Positions 1-10,835 of a stretch of 64,000 nt of DNA are shown here, in pieces. The stretch spans positions 138,610 to 202,609 of IMG/VR virus record IMGVR_UViG_3300015360_000023; one strand, given 5' to 3'. The translations under genes were made by a program, and so were the position numbers. Under the pieces are notes generated by a model that made no database searches, had not been told where the DNA came from, and saw only the letters and a program-made list of their open reading frames with translations. How positions within the stretch are numbered: position 1 is the first letter of the stretch; every line of letters starts with the position of its first letter. This DNA is from a virus. Its lineage: Duplodnaviria > Caudoviricetes.

Positions 1-1
1 T

Positions 2-55
2 CAGGATGATGGAACGCTTATTTGCTGGTCTTGTCGTAAAAATCCATATCGCTAG
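2..55 (+). CDS. 3' end of an upstream ORF cut by the window edge (…QDDGTLICWSCRKNPYR*), CxxC-containing
   Basis: Manual translation of frame 2; stop TAG at 53-55. Confidence 0.4.
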   Translation, partial: QDDGTLICWSCRKNPYR

Positions 56-69
56 ACAGGCATTACAAT

Positions 70-759
70 ATGGTACAGTCCGAAGATACATATATTTCCA
101 GCCTTTTAGGTGAATTAAAGGAACTTTTCCCTAGCCAGAAAACTACCTCTCTCACACCAGCTCCTACTAGCACGGGTGGTTATCAAGCGCCTCTTAAAGG
201 TTCTTGGAATAACTCTGGAGGTTTTGATGCTTCTGGAGCTTTACGCCCTAATGGTCGTAAGGGCCATGGCGGTGTTGATATGAGAGCCCCAGCAGGTACA
301 TCTATTTATCCTATGGCTCCAGGAGTTGTCTCCAGTGTCGGAACCGATCCGCTTGGAGGTAATGTAGTTAATGTTCAACATGCAGATAATGTTAGAACCT
401 ATTATGCTCATTGCTCTACTGTCAAAGTACAAAAGGGCGATAAGGTAGATTATGATACCGTACTTGGTACTGTAGGAGAAACTGGTAATGCTAAGGGTAC
501 CGTCCCTCATTGTCATTTTCAAGTTTGGAAAGACAATCAATTACAAGATCCTGCTAGATATTTTACTGTTCCTAAATATACTAATCTATCTGAAGATGAA
601 AAGAAAAATGGTCTTTGGTCTGAAAAGGCTAGACAAGAGGCCGCCGCCTTCAATATGTCAGAGCACGTTCAAAAGGGCCGTAGTCGTGTTGCATTTACAT
701 CTGACGTCGACCAGCTCCTAAAGATTGCACACCAATTTTATAAGTTAACCTCAGGCTGA
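70..759 (+). CDS. M23 (LytM-type) metallopeptidase, probable peptidoglycan hydrolase
   Basis: HGGVD (HxxxD), YYAH and HCH (HxH) motifs in M23 order; GTxIYxMAPGVV and VxVQH segments. Confidence 0.9.
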   Translation: MVQSEDTYISSLLGELKELFPSQKTTSLTPAPTSTGGYQAPLKGSWNNSGGFDASGALRPNGRKGHGGVDMRAPAGTSIYPMAPGVVSSVGTDPLGGNVVNVQHADNVRTYYAHCSTVKVQKGDKVDYDTVLGTVGETGNAKGTVPHCHFQVWKDNQLQDPARYFTVPKYTNLSEDEKKNGLWSEKARQEAAAFNMSEHVQKGRSRVAFTSDVDQLLKIAHQFYKLTSG

Positions 760-1074
760 TTAACGGTCCTTCCAGGTGCCGATGATACCTATGTTTTCTA
801 AGGCGTTTCCGCTTGGCGGATCTAATAATGGTGTACCCATAGAGTGCCAATCCTCATATATTTGAGTAAAAGGATTCCAACCTTGCATTTTGTAATAGGT
901 ATTAAATCCTGTAGTTATGTTGGCGTTAGAATTAAAAAGGCCGCCTAAAACAGATGTTTGCCCACTTCCAATTGATGAAGTTAGATCTTGACTACCAAGT
1001 GAGCCGGTACTTTGTCCTGTATATCCGGCAGCGTATACTAAATTCAATATATTTTGTTCAGTTATTAAAGCCAT
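760..1074 (-). CDS. Small virion-module protein (type C), paralog of 4636..5211
   Basis: YYKMQGWNP…PPSGNALENI matches YYKLKGWNP…PPSGNNLVNI. Confidence 0.7.
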   Translation of the reverse strand: MALITEQNILNLVYAAGYTGQSTGSLGSQDLTSSIGSGQTSVLGGLFNSNANITTGFNTYYKMQGWNPFTQIYEDWHSMGTPLLDPPSGNALENIGIIGTWKDR

Positions 1075-1081
1075 ATTATCC

Positions 1082-3346
1082 TTATGGGGTTAATCCACTA
1101 GGTCCATTCCATTGTAAATATATTCCATTTTGTAAATGAAGCCAACGAGCACATCCGGTTGCTGTGCCACCACTTGTGTATGTTCCATTACCTACAGAGT
1201 TATTTAATGTAAATTGGGTACTATTTAATACAGTAACTATCCAAGTACCATTAGCAGCGGTATTGCCTAAAACTCCAGATATGGTTACAGTTTGACCAGT
1301 TGTTAGAGCATTAGCTGCCGCAGTAATTTGGATAGGAGAAGCATTGGTGGCGGCAGAGATAGCGCGAGAGGTAACTTCATCTGATGTCAAACTAAAATCA
1401 CCAAAATTAGTTCTACCATTTCTTAATGCTGGAGCTGTTCCCATAAATCCAGGGTTGTAACTAAAAGGAGAGATAATTGCTGTAGTTAAAGTAACATCAG
1501 CAGTTGTTGCCCTCCACACTTCTATTGGTAAAATTTCAGTAGTGCTAGTAAATGGAGAGTCACCAGCATTAGCAGATAACATAGGATTGGTTGCTGAGGT
1601 GCCATCTAGATTCGCCCAACTTGTTAGTGCACAAAATTCAGGAGTATTAGTGCCTATAGTAACGCCAACATTAGTGGCCGCGCCCATTCTTAATCTAATA
1701 GTGCCGAAATCTGTTGTAGGCGCTCCGCCATAACAGAATATTCTGCTTGGATTATCTGGTAAAGGAGCCGGCTCATTATCAGATATCCCGAAAACCAACA
1801 TCCCATTATTGCCACCTGTTTCTCTCATAAAAGCAGCAACATATTGGCCGTACCCATCTCCCACCATTGACATGCGAGAAACAAGAGTAACATGTCCGCC
1901 GCCTGGCACTGTGTTAGCAAGTGATGTATTTGAGGCAGAATTAATATCCATGAATTCTACTACATGGGTACTGGTTGCGCCAGCCGGAAAATCTCCCGCC
2001 GAATTTCCGCCATAACCAACAGCAATAGATACGCAAGGTAAATTGGCGCCCATTGGCTCGGCACATATTCTTACTTGCCATGCAGAGCTATGAGGGCTTT
2101 GTAAAATGATTCTGCTATTAGCTGTGTCCGGACCGCCAGTATATCCAAAAAGAGATAGTGTGCCACCTGAACCAAATGCACCACCAGCAACAGAACCATT
2201 TAAAGAAAAGCGAGTACTATCGGTTGCCTGCGTAATAGTCCAAGTTCCGTTGGCATTTACATTACCAGTTCCACTGACAACAACCTTTTGTCCAGTTATC
2301 CATGTATGAGGGAAGTTACTGTCCCCCTGAATTACGATCGGAGTTGTGTTAGTCGATCCGCCGACCCCCCAGTTACCGCCATAAAATTTGGATAAATAAC
2401 CAGCAGCAATTACTTCTGTTTCATATAGCCACCAATCAATAGAATTAGTAGCTTCAACAGGGGGAGTTTCGGTTGATCTATAATCAATAATGTATCTATT
2501 AAGATTAGCTACCTCACCACCAGTTGCCATAGTCCCGGTACCACCTGAACATCCTGTAAAAGTAGTTCCAGTTGTTCCCGTATAAGTAACTGTAGAAGTG
2601 TTAGTAGCTGTAGTAACAAAAATAGTCCCGCTGGCGGGGAATCCAGCCGTAGAGGCTACGTTGATAGTAGCTTGTGGTAGGGTGGCGCCATTTGAAGCCG
2701 CCGCAATTGTAGTTGTATTGCCCGTATTACGAGCAGAAATCTTAAAGAGTCCGGTATTTTTAGTTGGGAAAGAATTACTTTTCAAAACCAATATTTTACC
2801 AACATCGCCAACGACCACTTTTCTTTGAGTAATAGGGATAGAGACATCAAAAAATGATCCCGCTCCAAAATTAAGGCCAGCTCCATAACCATCGGTTACC
2901 ATACCTGAAGCATACAGAAATCCGGTAGTCATTGTTGCGGTGCTAGCCGTATAAGTGCCATTACCAAAAGTACCATATAGTGTTGCTTGAGTTGAATTTA
3001 AAACAGTTACTTTCCAAGTTCCATTGACAGCGCTATTACCAGTTCCGCCCGTAATGTTAACTACGTAACCATCTGATAATCCATGAGCAGAAGCAGTAGT
3101 AATTGTAATTGGCGTAGTATTGGTGGCAGCGGTAACAACAAGAGATTTAATGTTATTGTTATCCATGTTCCAGGAAGTTTGACCAACAACAGTGTATCCT
3201 AAAACTTTTTGTAGAAAAAGAGTTAGTTGATACATAAATCCAACATAAAACCTACCAGTATTATTTGTGCTAAAAGAGCCTCCAAAAGGTTGACTAACGT
3301 AACCTGAAGTAGTTGGATTATAATCTCTTGAGATAAAAATTGTCAT
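1082..3346 (-). CDS. Gly/Thr-rich virion fibre or baseplate protein (type A) with three FCCH-like beta modules
   Basis: Shares DY start, PPVEA..I.WWLYE, RIILQSPH and HL.NG.Y..WNGP terminus with 5221..7746 and 9363..10826; structural role inferred from context. Confidence 0.7.
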   Translation of the reverse strand: MTIFISRDYNPTTSGYVSQPFGGSFSTNNTGRFYVGFMYQLTLFLQKVLGYTVVGQTSWNMDNNNIKSLVVTAATNTTPITITTASAHGLSDGYVVNITGGTGNSAVNGTWKVTVLNSTQATLYGTFGNGTYTASTATMTTGFLYASGMVTDGYGAGLNFGAGSFFDVSIPITQRKVVVGDVGKILVLKSNSFPTKNTGLFKISARNTGNTTTIAAASNGATLPQATINVASTAGFPASGTIFVTTATNTSTVTYTGTTGTTFTGCSGGTGTMATGGEVANLNRYIIDYRSTETPPVEATNSIDWWLYETEVIAAGYLSKFYGGNWGVGGSTNTTPIVIQGDSNFPHTWITGQKVVVSGTGNVNANGTWTITQATDSTRFSLNGSVAGGAFGSGGTLSLFGYTGGPDTANSRIILQSPHSSAWQVRICAEPMGANLPCVSIAVGYGGNSAGDFPAGATSTHVVEFMDINSASNTSLANTVPGGGHVTLVSRMSMVGDGYGQYVAAFMRETGGNNGMLVFGISDNEPAPLPDNPSRIFCYGGAPTTDFGTIRLRMGAATNVGVTIGTNTPEFCALTSWANLDGTSATNPMLSANAGDSPFTSTTEILPIEVWRATTADVTLTTAIISPFSYNPGFMGTAPALRNGRTNFGDFSLTSDEVTSRAISAATNASPIQITAAANALTTGQTVTISGVLGNTAANGTWIVTVLNSTQFTLNNSVGNGTYTSGGTATGCARWLHLQNGIYLQWNGPSGLTP

Positions 3347-4626
3347 TAGGTGCCTAAAGGTAGAAGACTATATGGTAGAACTGAGCCATCCCATGGCCAT
3401 AATACGCCGTTTCCTACGTGTATAAATTCCCCATTATCACCTATCAAATGGAAGGCGGGGAAGATGTTACTCGTAAACGCAATAGGTCTTAATTTTGCTC
3501 TTGCTAAAGAATATTGGCCTGCCGCAGAGATGGTGGAAATAATAGCTTCTGAGTAAAATACTTTACCTAATCTTGATGTTGCGGCGAGGAGATTAGTTAA
3601 GTTAGGGCCTACTGTGAATGCTGTGCCCGTAACACCATCACCTACTAAATTCTTTGTCATTAATTGGCAGGTTCTTGTAGTTCCATCAAAACCTACCATA
3701 GCAAAATTATTAGTATGAGAGTCAGTGGCTACAGATGCAAGAAGGTTATTACCAGCCACCATTATAGTTAGCGGGTTAGTATCTTGTGCTTGTGTATATA
3801 TTCTTTTTGGTATAATATTATAAAAATACAGCCCAGCATTATTTGTATTAGGAGTTCTAATATGACCTATGAAGAAATCTTTATCTGCGATCAATGTTAT
3901 GTTTCCGATAACATTAGATGTAGTTCCTGTAAAATTTGAGCTAGTAGGGGTTCGTTCTGTTAAAGTTGTTCCGGTAAAAGCTGAACCTGTCCATGTGCCA
4001 GCAGGAGATCCTACCATACCAAATTGTCCAAATGGAGTAGAAGAGCCTCTTAATAACATTTGAAATTGACTATTGGCTTGCCCAACATTAATGGTTGATG
4101 CTCCCGATAGAGTTCCAACCCAATAATTTCCGCTAGCGATACCTAATTGAGATGCTGCTATTACATCAATAATTCTATAATTAAGAGCAGAGCGAGATGT
4201 TAAGTTATTTTTAAGAGTAGTAATATCTCTAGTGCCGCCACTAAATGGAGCAATAATCATTTGAGTGGCGCCTAAAACATTGATAATTCTGTAAATAGAA
4301 TTATCAGTACTATCTGTATCAGTATGAGACCAGATAGTAATATGTTTACCAATCATAGATGTACTGAAATTGCCTGACAAAGAGACAAAATTAATTCCCA
4401 AATCAGAAGTAACGCCATCATTTCCCGTAGCTAAAACTGATGCCCCTTCAAAAAAACCAGCAGGCGCGCTGGTTGGAGTGGTTGGCATACCACCTGGAGT
4501 AGTTAATGAAGAAGTTCCATTAACACAATATCCCCAAAATTCATAGCAAATTCTCATGAAAATAGGAATATCACGACCGTTAGTCGATGTAGTGTATTGT
4601 AATCCTCTTAGATATTTTCTAGCCAT
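3346..4626 (-). CDS. Virion structural protein (type B)
   Basis: YEFWGYCVNG, SIYRI, GQAN.Q, QYSLARA and GV.WPWD motifs shared with 7759..9351 and 10836..12461; TAATG overlap with the next gene. Confidence 0.7.
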   Translation of the reverse strand: MARKYLRGLQYTTSTNGRDIPIFMRICYEFWGYCVNGTSSLTTPGGMPTTPTSAPAGFFEGASVLATGNDGVTSDLGINFVSLSGNFSTSMIGKHITIWSHTDTDSTDNSIYRIINVLGATQMIIAPFSGGTRDITTLKNNLTSRSALNYRIIDVIAASQLGIASGNYWVGTLSGASTINVGQANSQFQMLLRGSSTPFGQFGMVGSPAGTWTGSAFTGTTLTERTPTSSNFTGTTSNVIGNITLIADKDFFIGHIRTPNTNNAGLYFYNIIPKRIYTQAQDTNPLTIMVAGNNLLASVATDSHTNNFAMVGFDGTTRTCQLMTKNLVGDGVTGTAFTVGPNLTNLLAATSRLGKVFYSEAIISTISAAGQYSLARAKLRPIAFTSNIFPAFHLIGDNGEFIHVGNGVLWPWDGSVLPYSLLPLGT

Positions 4627-4635
4627 GAAAGTTCC

Positions 4636-5211
4636 TTATTCTATCCAACGTGATACTATAACTATATTAACTAAATTATTTCCACTTGGCGGTGTTTTGA
4701 AGACATCTCGCTCTACATTAGCTGGATGACGACCAGGTACTGGATCAAATAATTCTGGACGGCCAGTAATATTTTCCGAAATAACCCAAGCTTCCCATGA
4801 AGATGTTAAAGGGTTCCATCCCTTTAGTTTATAATAAATAGTTTGATCTTTAGGGTGATCAATAACAGAATTAATATCTATATCAAATAAAGATTCTTCA
4901 ATTGGTTGTTCGTACTTTCCCCAATTGGTATTGTATCCAGTATATAATTCATTCTTAAATGAATCTACCATGTTATCAGAAGTGACGCCGCCCCAATTTG
5001 AGTTGTATCCAGCATATGGTTGATTAAAAAATGGTGAGTTTACGTTTTGATTATCGTAAGATCCCCAATCTAGCATATAGCCTTGGAACACTCCATCTGT
5101 AAACTGTATAGGAGTAGTGCCCGCATAGCCATCCCAATGATCACCAGTACTAGGTAAGCTAAATCCATCGGAAAATGATAATAGTATGTTTGAAGTTTGT
5201 GCTATTGCCAT
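4636..5211 (-). CDS. Small virion-module protein (type C)
   Basis: C-terminal YYKLKGWNP module; internal YAGYNSNWG/YTGYNTNWG duplication. Confidence 0.7.
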   Translation of the reverse strand: MAIAQTSNILLSFSDGFSLPSTGDHWDGYAGTTPIQFTDGVFQGYMLDWGSYDNQNVNSPFFNQPYAGYNSNWGGVTSDNMVDSFKNELYTGYNTNWGKYEQPIEESLFDIDINSVIDHPKDQTIYYKLKGWNPLTSSWEAWVISENITGRPELFDPVPGRHPANVERDVFKTPPSGNNLVNIVIVSRWIE

Positions 5212-5220
5212 GATTTCCTA

Positions 5221-7746
5221 TTATGGAACAACCGCTGGACCATTCCACGGTATGTAGATTCCTCTTCTTAAATGCTGCCATTGTCCACCGCGTAATACCG
5301 TTCCTCCAGAAGTAAAAGCACCATTACCAGTTGTACCATTTAATGTAAAATTAGTGCTATTTATAACGGTTATAATAAACGTTCCATTCGCATTAGTGTT
5401 TCCGCCAACGCTATGAATTGCTACTGATTGACCAGTTATTAATGTGTTTGCAGCCGTAGTTGTTATCTGAATTGGTGAAATACCGTTTCCTGATGTAGTT
5501 TGAACCGACCAAGTTGAATTATCTGTTGTTAAAGTATATTCTGCAAAATTTCCTCTTCCTACTTTAATAATTGGAAGCTGCCCCAAAACTTTTGGATAGA
5601 AAGCAAGTGCTTGTACTGGAGTACCGCCGTTCCACGAGTAAACAGTTCCAGCAGTTAGGTCTACTGGTAATAACTCTGTGGATGAGGTAAATGGACAATC
5701 ACCGCCGTTGGCATCGTACATTGGTCCCGCTCCTTGATTATTACTGGTTACATATGCCAACATGGATGGATGACAAGAAATAGGAGATTCATGAAATGTT
5801 ATTCCTTGTATTGGTGAAATGCCGTTAGTGTAGCCTACTTGCAGAGAAACATCATTTCCAGTGCCGTTACCAACATCTCCACGAGTATTACCTAATACAT
5901 ATAGTCTTCTTATTGGTTTTATTGGTAGTGGCACCGGCTCATTATCTGGCAAACCAAATGTTACAAGAAAAGAGCGTGGACTTGTAAGATTTGAGGCTCT
6001 TCTCATAATCATAGTAACGGATTGTCCAGTATCATCGCCAATAAGCGTATATCTCATTACTTGACCAGAATTACCTGCATCGTCACCAAATCCATTACCA
6101 CCAGAATAGTCTTGATTTGCTACATTACCAGTGAGATTAAAGAAATTTAAATTATGTAAAGAATCTCCTCCAATTGGGAAGTCGCCAACACCATTTCCAC
6201 CAAAACCGGGGGCCGCACTTATTGGAGCGCCAGCACCGTTAAAAATGTTACGAGCACTATCAGCAGTTGATTCGTTACAAACTCTAACCTGCCATGCCAA
6301 AGCATGTGGACTTTGAAGAATGATTCGCGGAGTAACTGAGGATCCTACGCTATTATAGCCGCTAGTTCCGTTGCCAGCCCCATTTTGTGGAGCGCTTGAA
6401 TCTCTCTCGTATAACCACCACATAACGGTATCGTTAGCTTCTACAATAGCTGCATCACCGTTTCCACGATAATCAATAACATACTTATTTTGATTGGTGA
6501 TAGATTGACCAGTTACTAAAGTTCCAGTACCACCAGTTGCGCTAGTAAATGCTTGTTGCGTAACAGCTCCGCCTGTAGTCATGGCTCCAGTTCCACCAGT
6601 ACATCCTGTGAAACTTGTTCCAGTAGTTCCTGAATAAGTAACTGTTTGTAAACCAGCTCCAGTAGTTACCGTGATAACACCGCTAGCAAGAAATCCCGTT
6701 GTTGAAGCGACGTTAATGGTTGCTTGGGGCAAGGATTGGCCGTTAGAGCCAGACGCAATAGTAGTATTAGCATTAGTAACGGTGCCATATGTAATTGTTT
6801 GAAAACCATTACCAATAAGAACTGTTCCTCCCGTAAATGTTGTGCCCGTGCCGCCCGTACAACCAGTAAAGCTAGTTCCAGTTATTCCAGTATAAGTTAT
6901 TGTTGAAGTTCCAGCAGATGTACTTAATAAAAAGGTTCCAGTAGTTGGAAATCCTGTTGTAGAAATTACGTTAATAGTTATGGATGCTGGTAATGATACA
7001 AGATTTCCAGTAGTCATTGTACCAGTACCACCCGTACAACCTGTAAATTGGGTTGCATTAGTTCCAGTATAAGTGACTGTTTGTGTTCCAGCACTAGTCA
7101 CAACTGAAATAGTTCCGCTTGTTGGAAAACCAACAGTAGAGGCTACGTTAACATTTCCATTTGGAAGTGCAACACCATTAGAGGCAGACGCGGTCGTAGT
7201 AGTAGTACCAAAAGTAACAGCATTTGATGTAGATGCAACAGTGGTGCTTGCCCCCACAAAAAAACTTCCGCTTGTTGGAAATCCTGATACAGAGTTAACG
7301 TAAATTGTTCCTTGTGGAAGCGATACGTTATTTGATCCACCTGTAATAGTTGTTGTATTTCCTTGTTGAATTGAAGTGATACCAAAAATGCCAGAATTAC
7401 TTGTAGGATATCTAGTACTTTTAATAACTAATGTTCTACCAATATCAAATGAAGTTACAGTTTTAATATTAAGTGGTATTTGTACCTCAATATTAGCGCC
7501 ATTATTAGCTATACCCACTCTATTGCCACCTGGGAAAGTTGGAGCGGAAGCTGTAGGAGTGGTATCTCCAGAGGCGATTAGTAATGAACCGAAATTATTG
7601 ATTGGATAGTTGGTGTCACCGACGTAAGTGTACCCCAAAATTCTACGTAAAAATAGAACTAATAAATATGACGATATGTATGTTCTAGCTGTGCTAGAAG
7701 TGCCTGTTGAAGTAGCGTTATAATCTCTGCAAGTATAGTGTGCCAT
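5221..7746 (-). CDS. Virion fibre or baseplate protein (type A) with four nested Thr/Gly beta modules
   Basis: Type A core motifs plus repeated SNGxxLPQxTINVxSTxGFPxSG…FTGCTGGTG units. Confidence 0.72.
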   Translation of the reverse strand: MAHYTCRDYNATSTGTSSTARTYISSYLLVLFLRRILGYTYVGDTNYPINNFGSLLIASGDTTPTASAPTFPGGNRVGIANNGANIEVQIPLNIKTVTSFDIGRTLVIKSTRYPTSNSGIFGITSIQQGNTTTITGGSNNVSLPQGTIYVNSVSGFPTSGSFFVGASTTVASTSNAVTFGTTTTTASASNGVALPNGNVNVASTVGFPTSGTISVVTSAGTQTVTYTGTNATQFTGCTGGTGTMTTGNLVSLPASITINVISTTGFPTTGTFLLSTSAGTSTITYTGITGTSFTGCTGGTGTTFTGGTVLIGNGFQTITYGTVTNANTTIASGSNGQSLPQATINVASTTGFLASGVITVTTGAGLQTVTYSGTTGTSFTGCTGGTGAMTTGGAVTQQAFTSATGGTGTLVTGQSITNQNKYVIDYRGNGDAAIVEANDTVMWWLYERDSSAPQNGAGNGTSGYNSVGSSVTPRIILQSPHALAWQVRVCNESTADSARNIFNGAGAPISAAPGFGGNGVGDFPIGGDSLHNLNFFNLTGNVANQDYSGGNGFGDDAGNSGQVMRYTLIGDDTGQSVTMIMRRASNLTSPRSFLVTFGLPDNEPVPLPIKPIRRLYVLGNTRGDVGNGTGNDVSLQVGYTNGISPIQGITFHESPISCHPSMLAYVTSNNQGAGPMYDANGGDCPFTSSTELLPVDLTAGTVYSWNGGTPVQALAFYPKVLGQLPIIKVGRGNFAEYTLTTDNSTWSVQTTSGNGISPIQITTTAANTLITGQSVAIHSVGGNTNANGTFIITVINSTNFTLNGTTGNGAFTSGGTVLRGGQWQHLRRGIYIPWNGPAVVP

Positions 7747-7758
7747 GATAAAACCTTA

Positions 7759-9351
7759 TTAGTACGGGAACCAAGTATATGGTAAGACCACTTTATCCCA
7801 TGGAAGAGCAACTCCCTGATTTAAAAGAATAAAATCACCATCACTGCCGCCATTAAATCTTGTAAAAACCTTCATAAAGCTATTTGCGAATCTTATTTTT
7901 TTAACTCTAGCTCTAGCTAATGAATACTGATTTACAACTCCAACTAGCGAAAGAAATCCGGTTGAGTTAGCTAGTTGACCAGTAACTAGATTAGCCCCGG
8001 CCCTAATATCTACTAATGAATTTCCAGGTACTTTAGGTAATTGTGTTGCTGAAACTTGAAGTCTATCTGTATCTCCATCACCTATTAAGGCTTTTACAGA
8101 CATACGATGGTTACGGAAAACTCCATCATTGCATCGCATGACAAATCCACCACCGTATCCATATGTCGTGCCCGTTGAATTGAAAAAATTTGGGGAGGAT
8201 GGGTTACCATATCCATTTATTTGAACTGCGAACGGATTAGGATCTTGTGTTTGAGAATATAATCTTTCTGGTATCTCCCAATGAAAGTGAAATCCATTTG
8301 AAGATGCATGATTTGAATCTTTACCATATACTATTAAAAATTCTTTATCACCAATTAATGTTATAGTACATTGACCGGCAGAAGTGGTATTTTGCATAGA
8401 ATTACTGCTATTGGCGGATGCGAGGTTTGGGAGAATAGTACTACTTCCATCTACTCCAAATGCAGTTCCGTTCCAAGTTCCATTAGGAGACATTCTAAAA
8501 TCTAATCTTTGATTAGTGGAGGCAACGAATAATTGAAGCTGTGGATTAGCTTGCCCCGGATTTACAATAGTTCCATCTAATTGAAACACTATGAAATTAC
8601 CATCAGCAATACCTGTAAACGCTCCCGCAACAGTAACATCAATTACTCTGTAATTAATTGACGATCTATTTGTAAATGAGGGCCTATAACCATCATTACC
8701 TGAACTTGGAGTTCCACCATTGTTAACATTTACAACTATATTTGTTGGAGATTTAAATGCAATTATGTTGTAAATAGAGTCTTCTGAACTATTAGATCCT
8801 GCTTTCCAGGTTACCAATTGTTTACCAACCATACTAGCAGTAAAAGGTCCGCTAGCAGCAGTAAAATCTTGATAACCATCCATTCTATAAATGGTCGTTG
8901 CAGTAGTAGCTCCGTCAGTTCCAACGGTCATTAAACTTGAACTTGTAACGTTGTCACCAGTGGTCATAGTACCAGTACCACCAGTACAACCAGTAAAGGT
9001 TGTGGCACCTACACCAGTGTATGTTATAGTTTGTGTTCCGGTTGTAGTTTTTACGAAAATAGTTCCAGAAGCTGGAAATCCTGTGGTGGAAGCTACGTTA
9101 ATAGTTCCCTGGGGTAAAACGGCTCCGTTAGAAGCGACAGCAATAGTAGTGGCAACTCCAAGAAAGTTTGCTGGCAAAGCTCCACCAGTAGGGGTAGTGG
9201 CAGCGAATGCATTTGTACCAGGAGATCCAACCGAAGCGCCCCCAAAAATACAATACCCCCAGAATTCATACATTATTTTAAGAAAGTATGTCATTCTGGC
9301 AGTTGTACTTCCAGTAGAAAAATTTAGTACTCTAACGAACTTGGTTGCCAT
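7759..9351 (-). CDS. Virion structural protein (type B) with one inserted Thr/Gly module
   Basis: YEFWGYC, WKAGSNSSEDSIY, EIPERLY, GVALPWD. Confidence 0.7.
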   Translation of the reverse strand: MATKFVRVLNFSTGSTTARMTYFLKIMYEFWGYCIFGGASVGSPGTNAFAATTPTGGALPANFLGVATTIAVASNGAVLPQGTINVASTTGFPASGTIFVKTTTGTQTITYTGVGATTFTGCTGGTGTMTTGDNVTSSSLMTVGTDGATTATTIYRMDGYQDFTAASGPFTASMVGKQLVTWKAGSNSSEDSIYNIIAFKSPTNIVVNVNNGGTPSSGNDGYRPSFTNRSSINYRVIDVTVAGAFTGIADGNFIVFQLDGTIVNPGQANPQLQLFVASTNQRLDFRMSPNGTWNGTAFGVDGSSTILPNLASANSSNSMQNTTSAGQCTITLIGDKEFLIVYGKDSNHASSNGFHFHWEIPERLYSQTQDPNPFAVQINGYGNPSSPNFFNSTGTTYGYGGGFVMRCNDGVFRNHRMSVKALIGDGDTDRLQVSATQLPKVPGNSLVDIRAGANLVTGQLANSTGFLSLVGVVNQYSLARARVKKIRFANSFMKVFTRFNGGSDGDFILLNQGVALPWDKVVLPYTWFPY

Positions 9352-9362
9352 TATTTACTCTC

Positions 9363-10826
9363 TTATGGGATTAAGTTTGGACCATTCCATGGAATGTATA
9401 GTCCCCTTCTTAGATGTTGATATGATCTTGCAAAATCTGTTGTAGGGGAGAAATCTCCAAAGTTTGAGCGCCCTTCTCTAAGGTGAGGGATAGTGCCAAT
9501 TGTTCTTGGAGCAAATGGATAAACTGAAGCGTTTTGTCCACTAGAAACAACCCCCCATCTATCTAGTGTTGCTTGCATAATGTCTATTGGTAACACTTCT
9601 GTTGAGCTAGTAAATGGGTTATCTGTAGAAAGACTATCGAAAATAGGACTAGCTCCTTGAGAAACGCCAGTTACGTAAGTCCACATTGCGGCGGAAGTAA
9701 CACAAGGAGTTCCGAATGGTGTAGATCCCATTCCCTGTGATGATCCTCTAGAAAGGAAAAAGGAGCCCGCAGGAGATCCTAGCATTGCGAATAACGCACC
9801 ATCATTAATGCATCTAGATCCAAAACCATCGCTACCTGTAAATCCAGTACCAAGAACAAATAATCTAGCATGATTATTAACTGGTAATGGAGATGGTTCA
9901 TTTTCAGCAAGTCCTACACAAAGAATATTAGAATCTGGTAAGGTTCCATTACCAGGACGACGGCAATACATTACTACGCCTTGTCCAGTATCATCTCCAA
10001 TTAATGTTAATCTGAATTGAATTCCAGAATAACCACCATCTCCAAATCCCGGAGCGCCCCCTAGAAAATTAGTACTACTGCTATTGTACCACATTGGAGC
10101 ATGAAAGTGCTTTCCAAATGCAGCAAAATCTCCAGCACTATTTCCACTAAATCCTGGTGATACAGTCATTGCTGGGCAGTTTCTAGCCGCCAAATCAGTT
10201 GCCACATCTCCCGTGCTTTCGTTACAAATTCTTACTTGATAACCAGTTACATGCGGACTCTGTAGAATTATTCTTGGAGTAGTAGAATTACCATCTCCCC
10301 TATACTCTGTTGATGTTTTAATAGAATTAGGTGCGCCTTGAGATGGGCAATTTAAGTCTTTTTCATATAGCCACCATTGAATGGTATCCGTAGCTTCAAC
10401 TGGAGGTTTATCTCCTAAAGTTCTATAATCAATAACATAAGAGTTTGTAGATATCTCAATTCCTACAATCAAGAAAATTCCAGAGTTGAAAGTAGGATTA
10501 GCTGTACTTTTAAGAACAAGCAACCTTCCAATATCATTTCCTGTGACAGATCTAACGCTAACAGGAATGGAAACATAAAATTCTTTTTGAGTTCCAATAT
10601 TGATTCCAGCTTTATTGCCCATAGGAAAACTAGCAGCACCAGTTGGGTTAATATCACCAGTAGCAATTAATAATGTTCCAATAGCGTTAATTGGATAGTT
10701 AGTATCTCCGATATAAGAGTATGATAATATCCTTCTCATAAATATAGATAAAAGGTATGTATAAACATATTGTCTAGTTGTAGATATGTTTTGAGTTAGA
10801 TAATCTCTGCAAAGGTGTGTAGCCAT
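9363..10826 (-). CDS. Virion structural protein (type A), minimal form without inserts
   Basis: CRDY start, PPVEATDTIQWWLYE, PRIILQSPH, QHLRRGLYIPWNGP terminus. Confidence 0.7.
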   Translation of the reverse strand: MATHLCRDYLTQNISTTRQYVYTYLLSIFMRRILSYSYIGDTNYPINAIGTLLIATGDINPTGAASFPMGNKAGINIGTQKEFYVSIPVSVRSVTGNDIGRLLVLKSTANPTFNSGIFLIVGIEISTNSYVIDYRTLGDKPPVEATDTIQWWLYEKDLNCPSQGAPNSIKTSTEYRGDGNSTTPRIILQSPHVTGYQVRICNESTGDVATDLAARNCPAMTVSPGFSGNSAGDFAAFGKHFHAPMWYNSSSTNFLGGAPGFGDGGYSGIQFRLTLIGDDTGQGVVMYCRRPGNGTLPDSNILCVGLAENEPSPLPVNNHARLFVLGTGFTGSDGFGSRCINDGALFAMLGSPAGSFFLSRGSSQGMGSTPFGTPCVTSAAMWTYVTGVSQGASPIFDSLSTDNPFTSSTEVLPIDIMQATLDRWGVVSSGQNASVYPFAPRTIGTIPHLREGRSNFGDFSPTTDFARSYQHLRRGLYIPWNGPNLIP

Positions 10827-10835
10827 TATTTTCCC

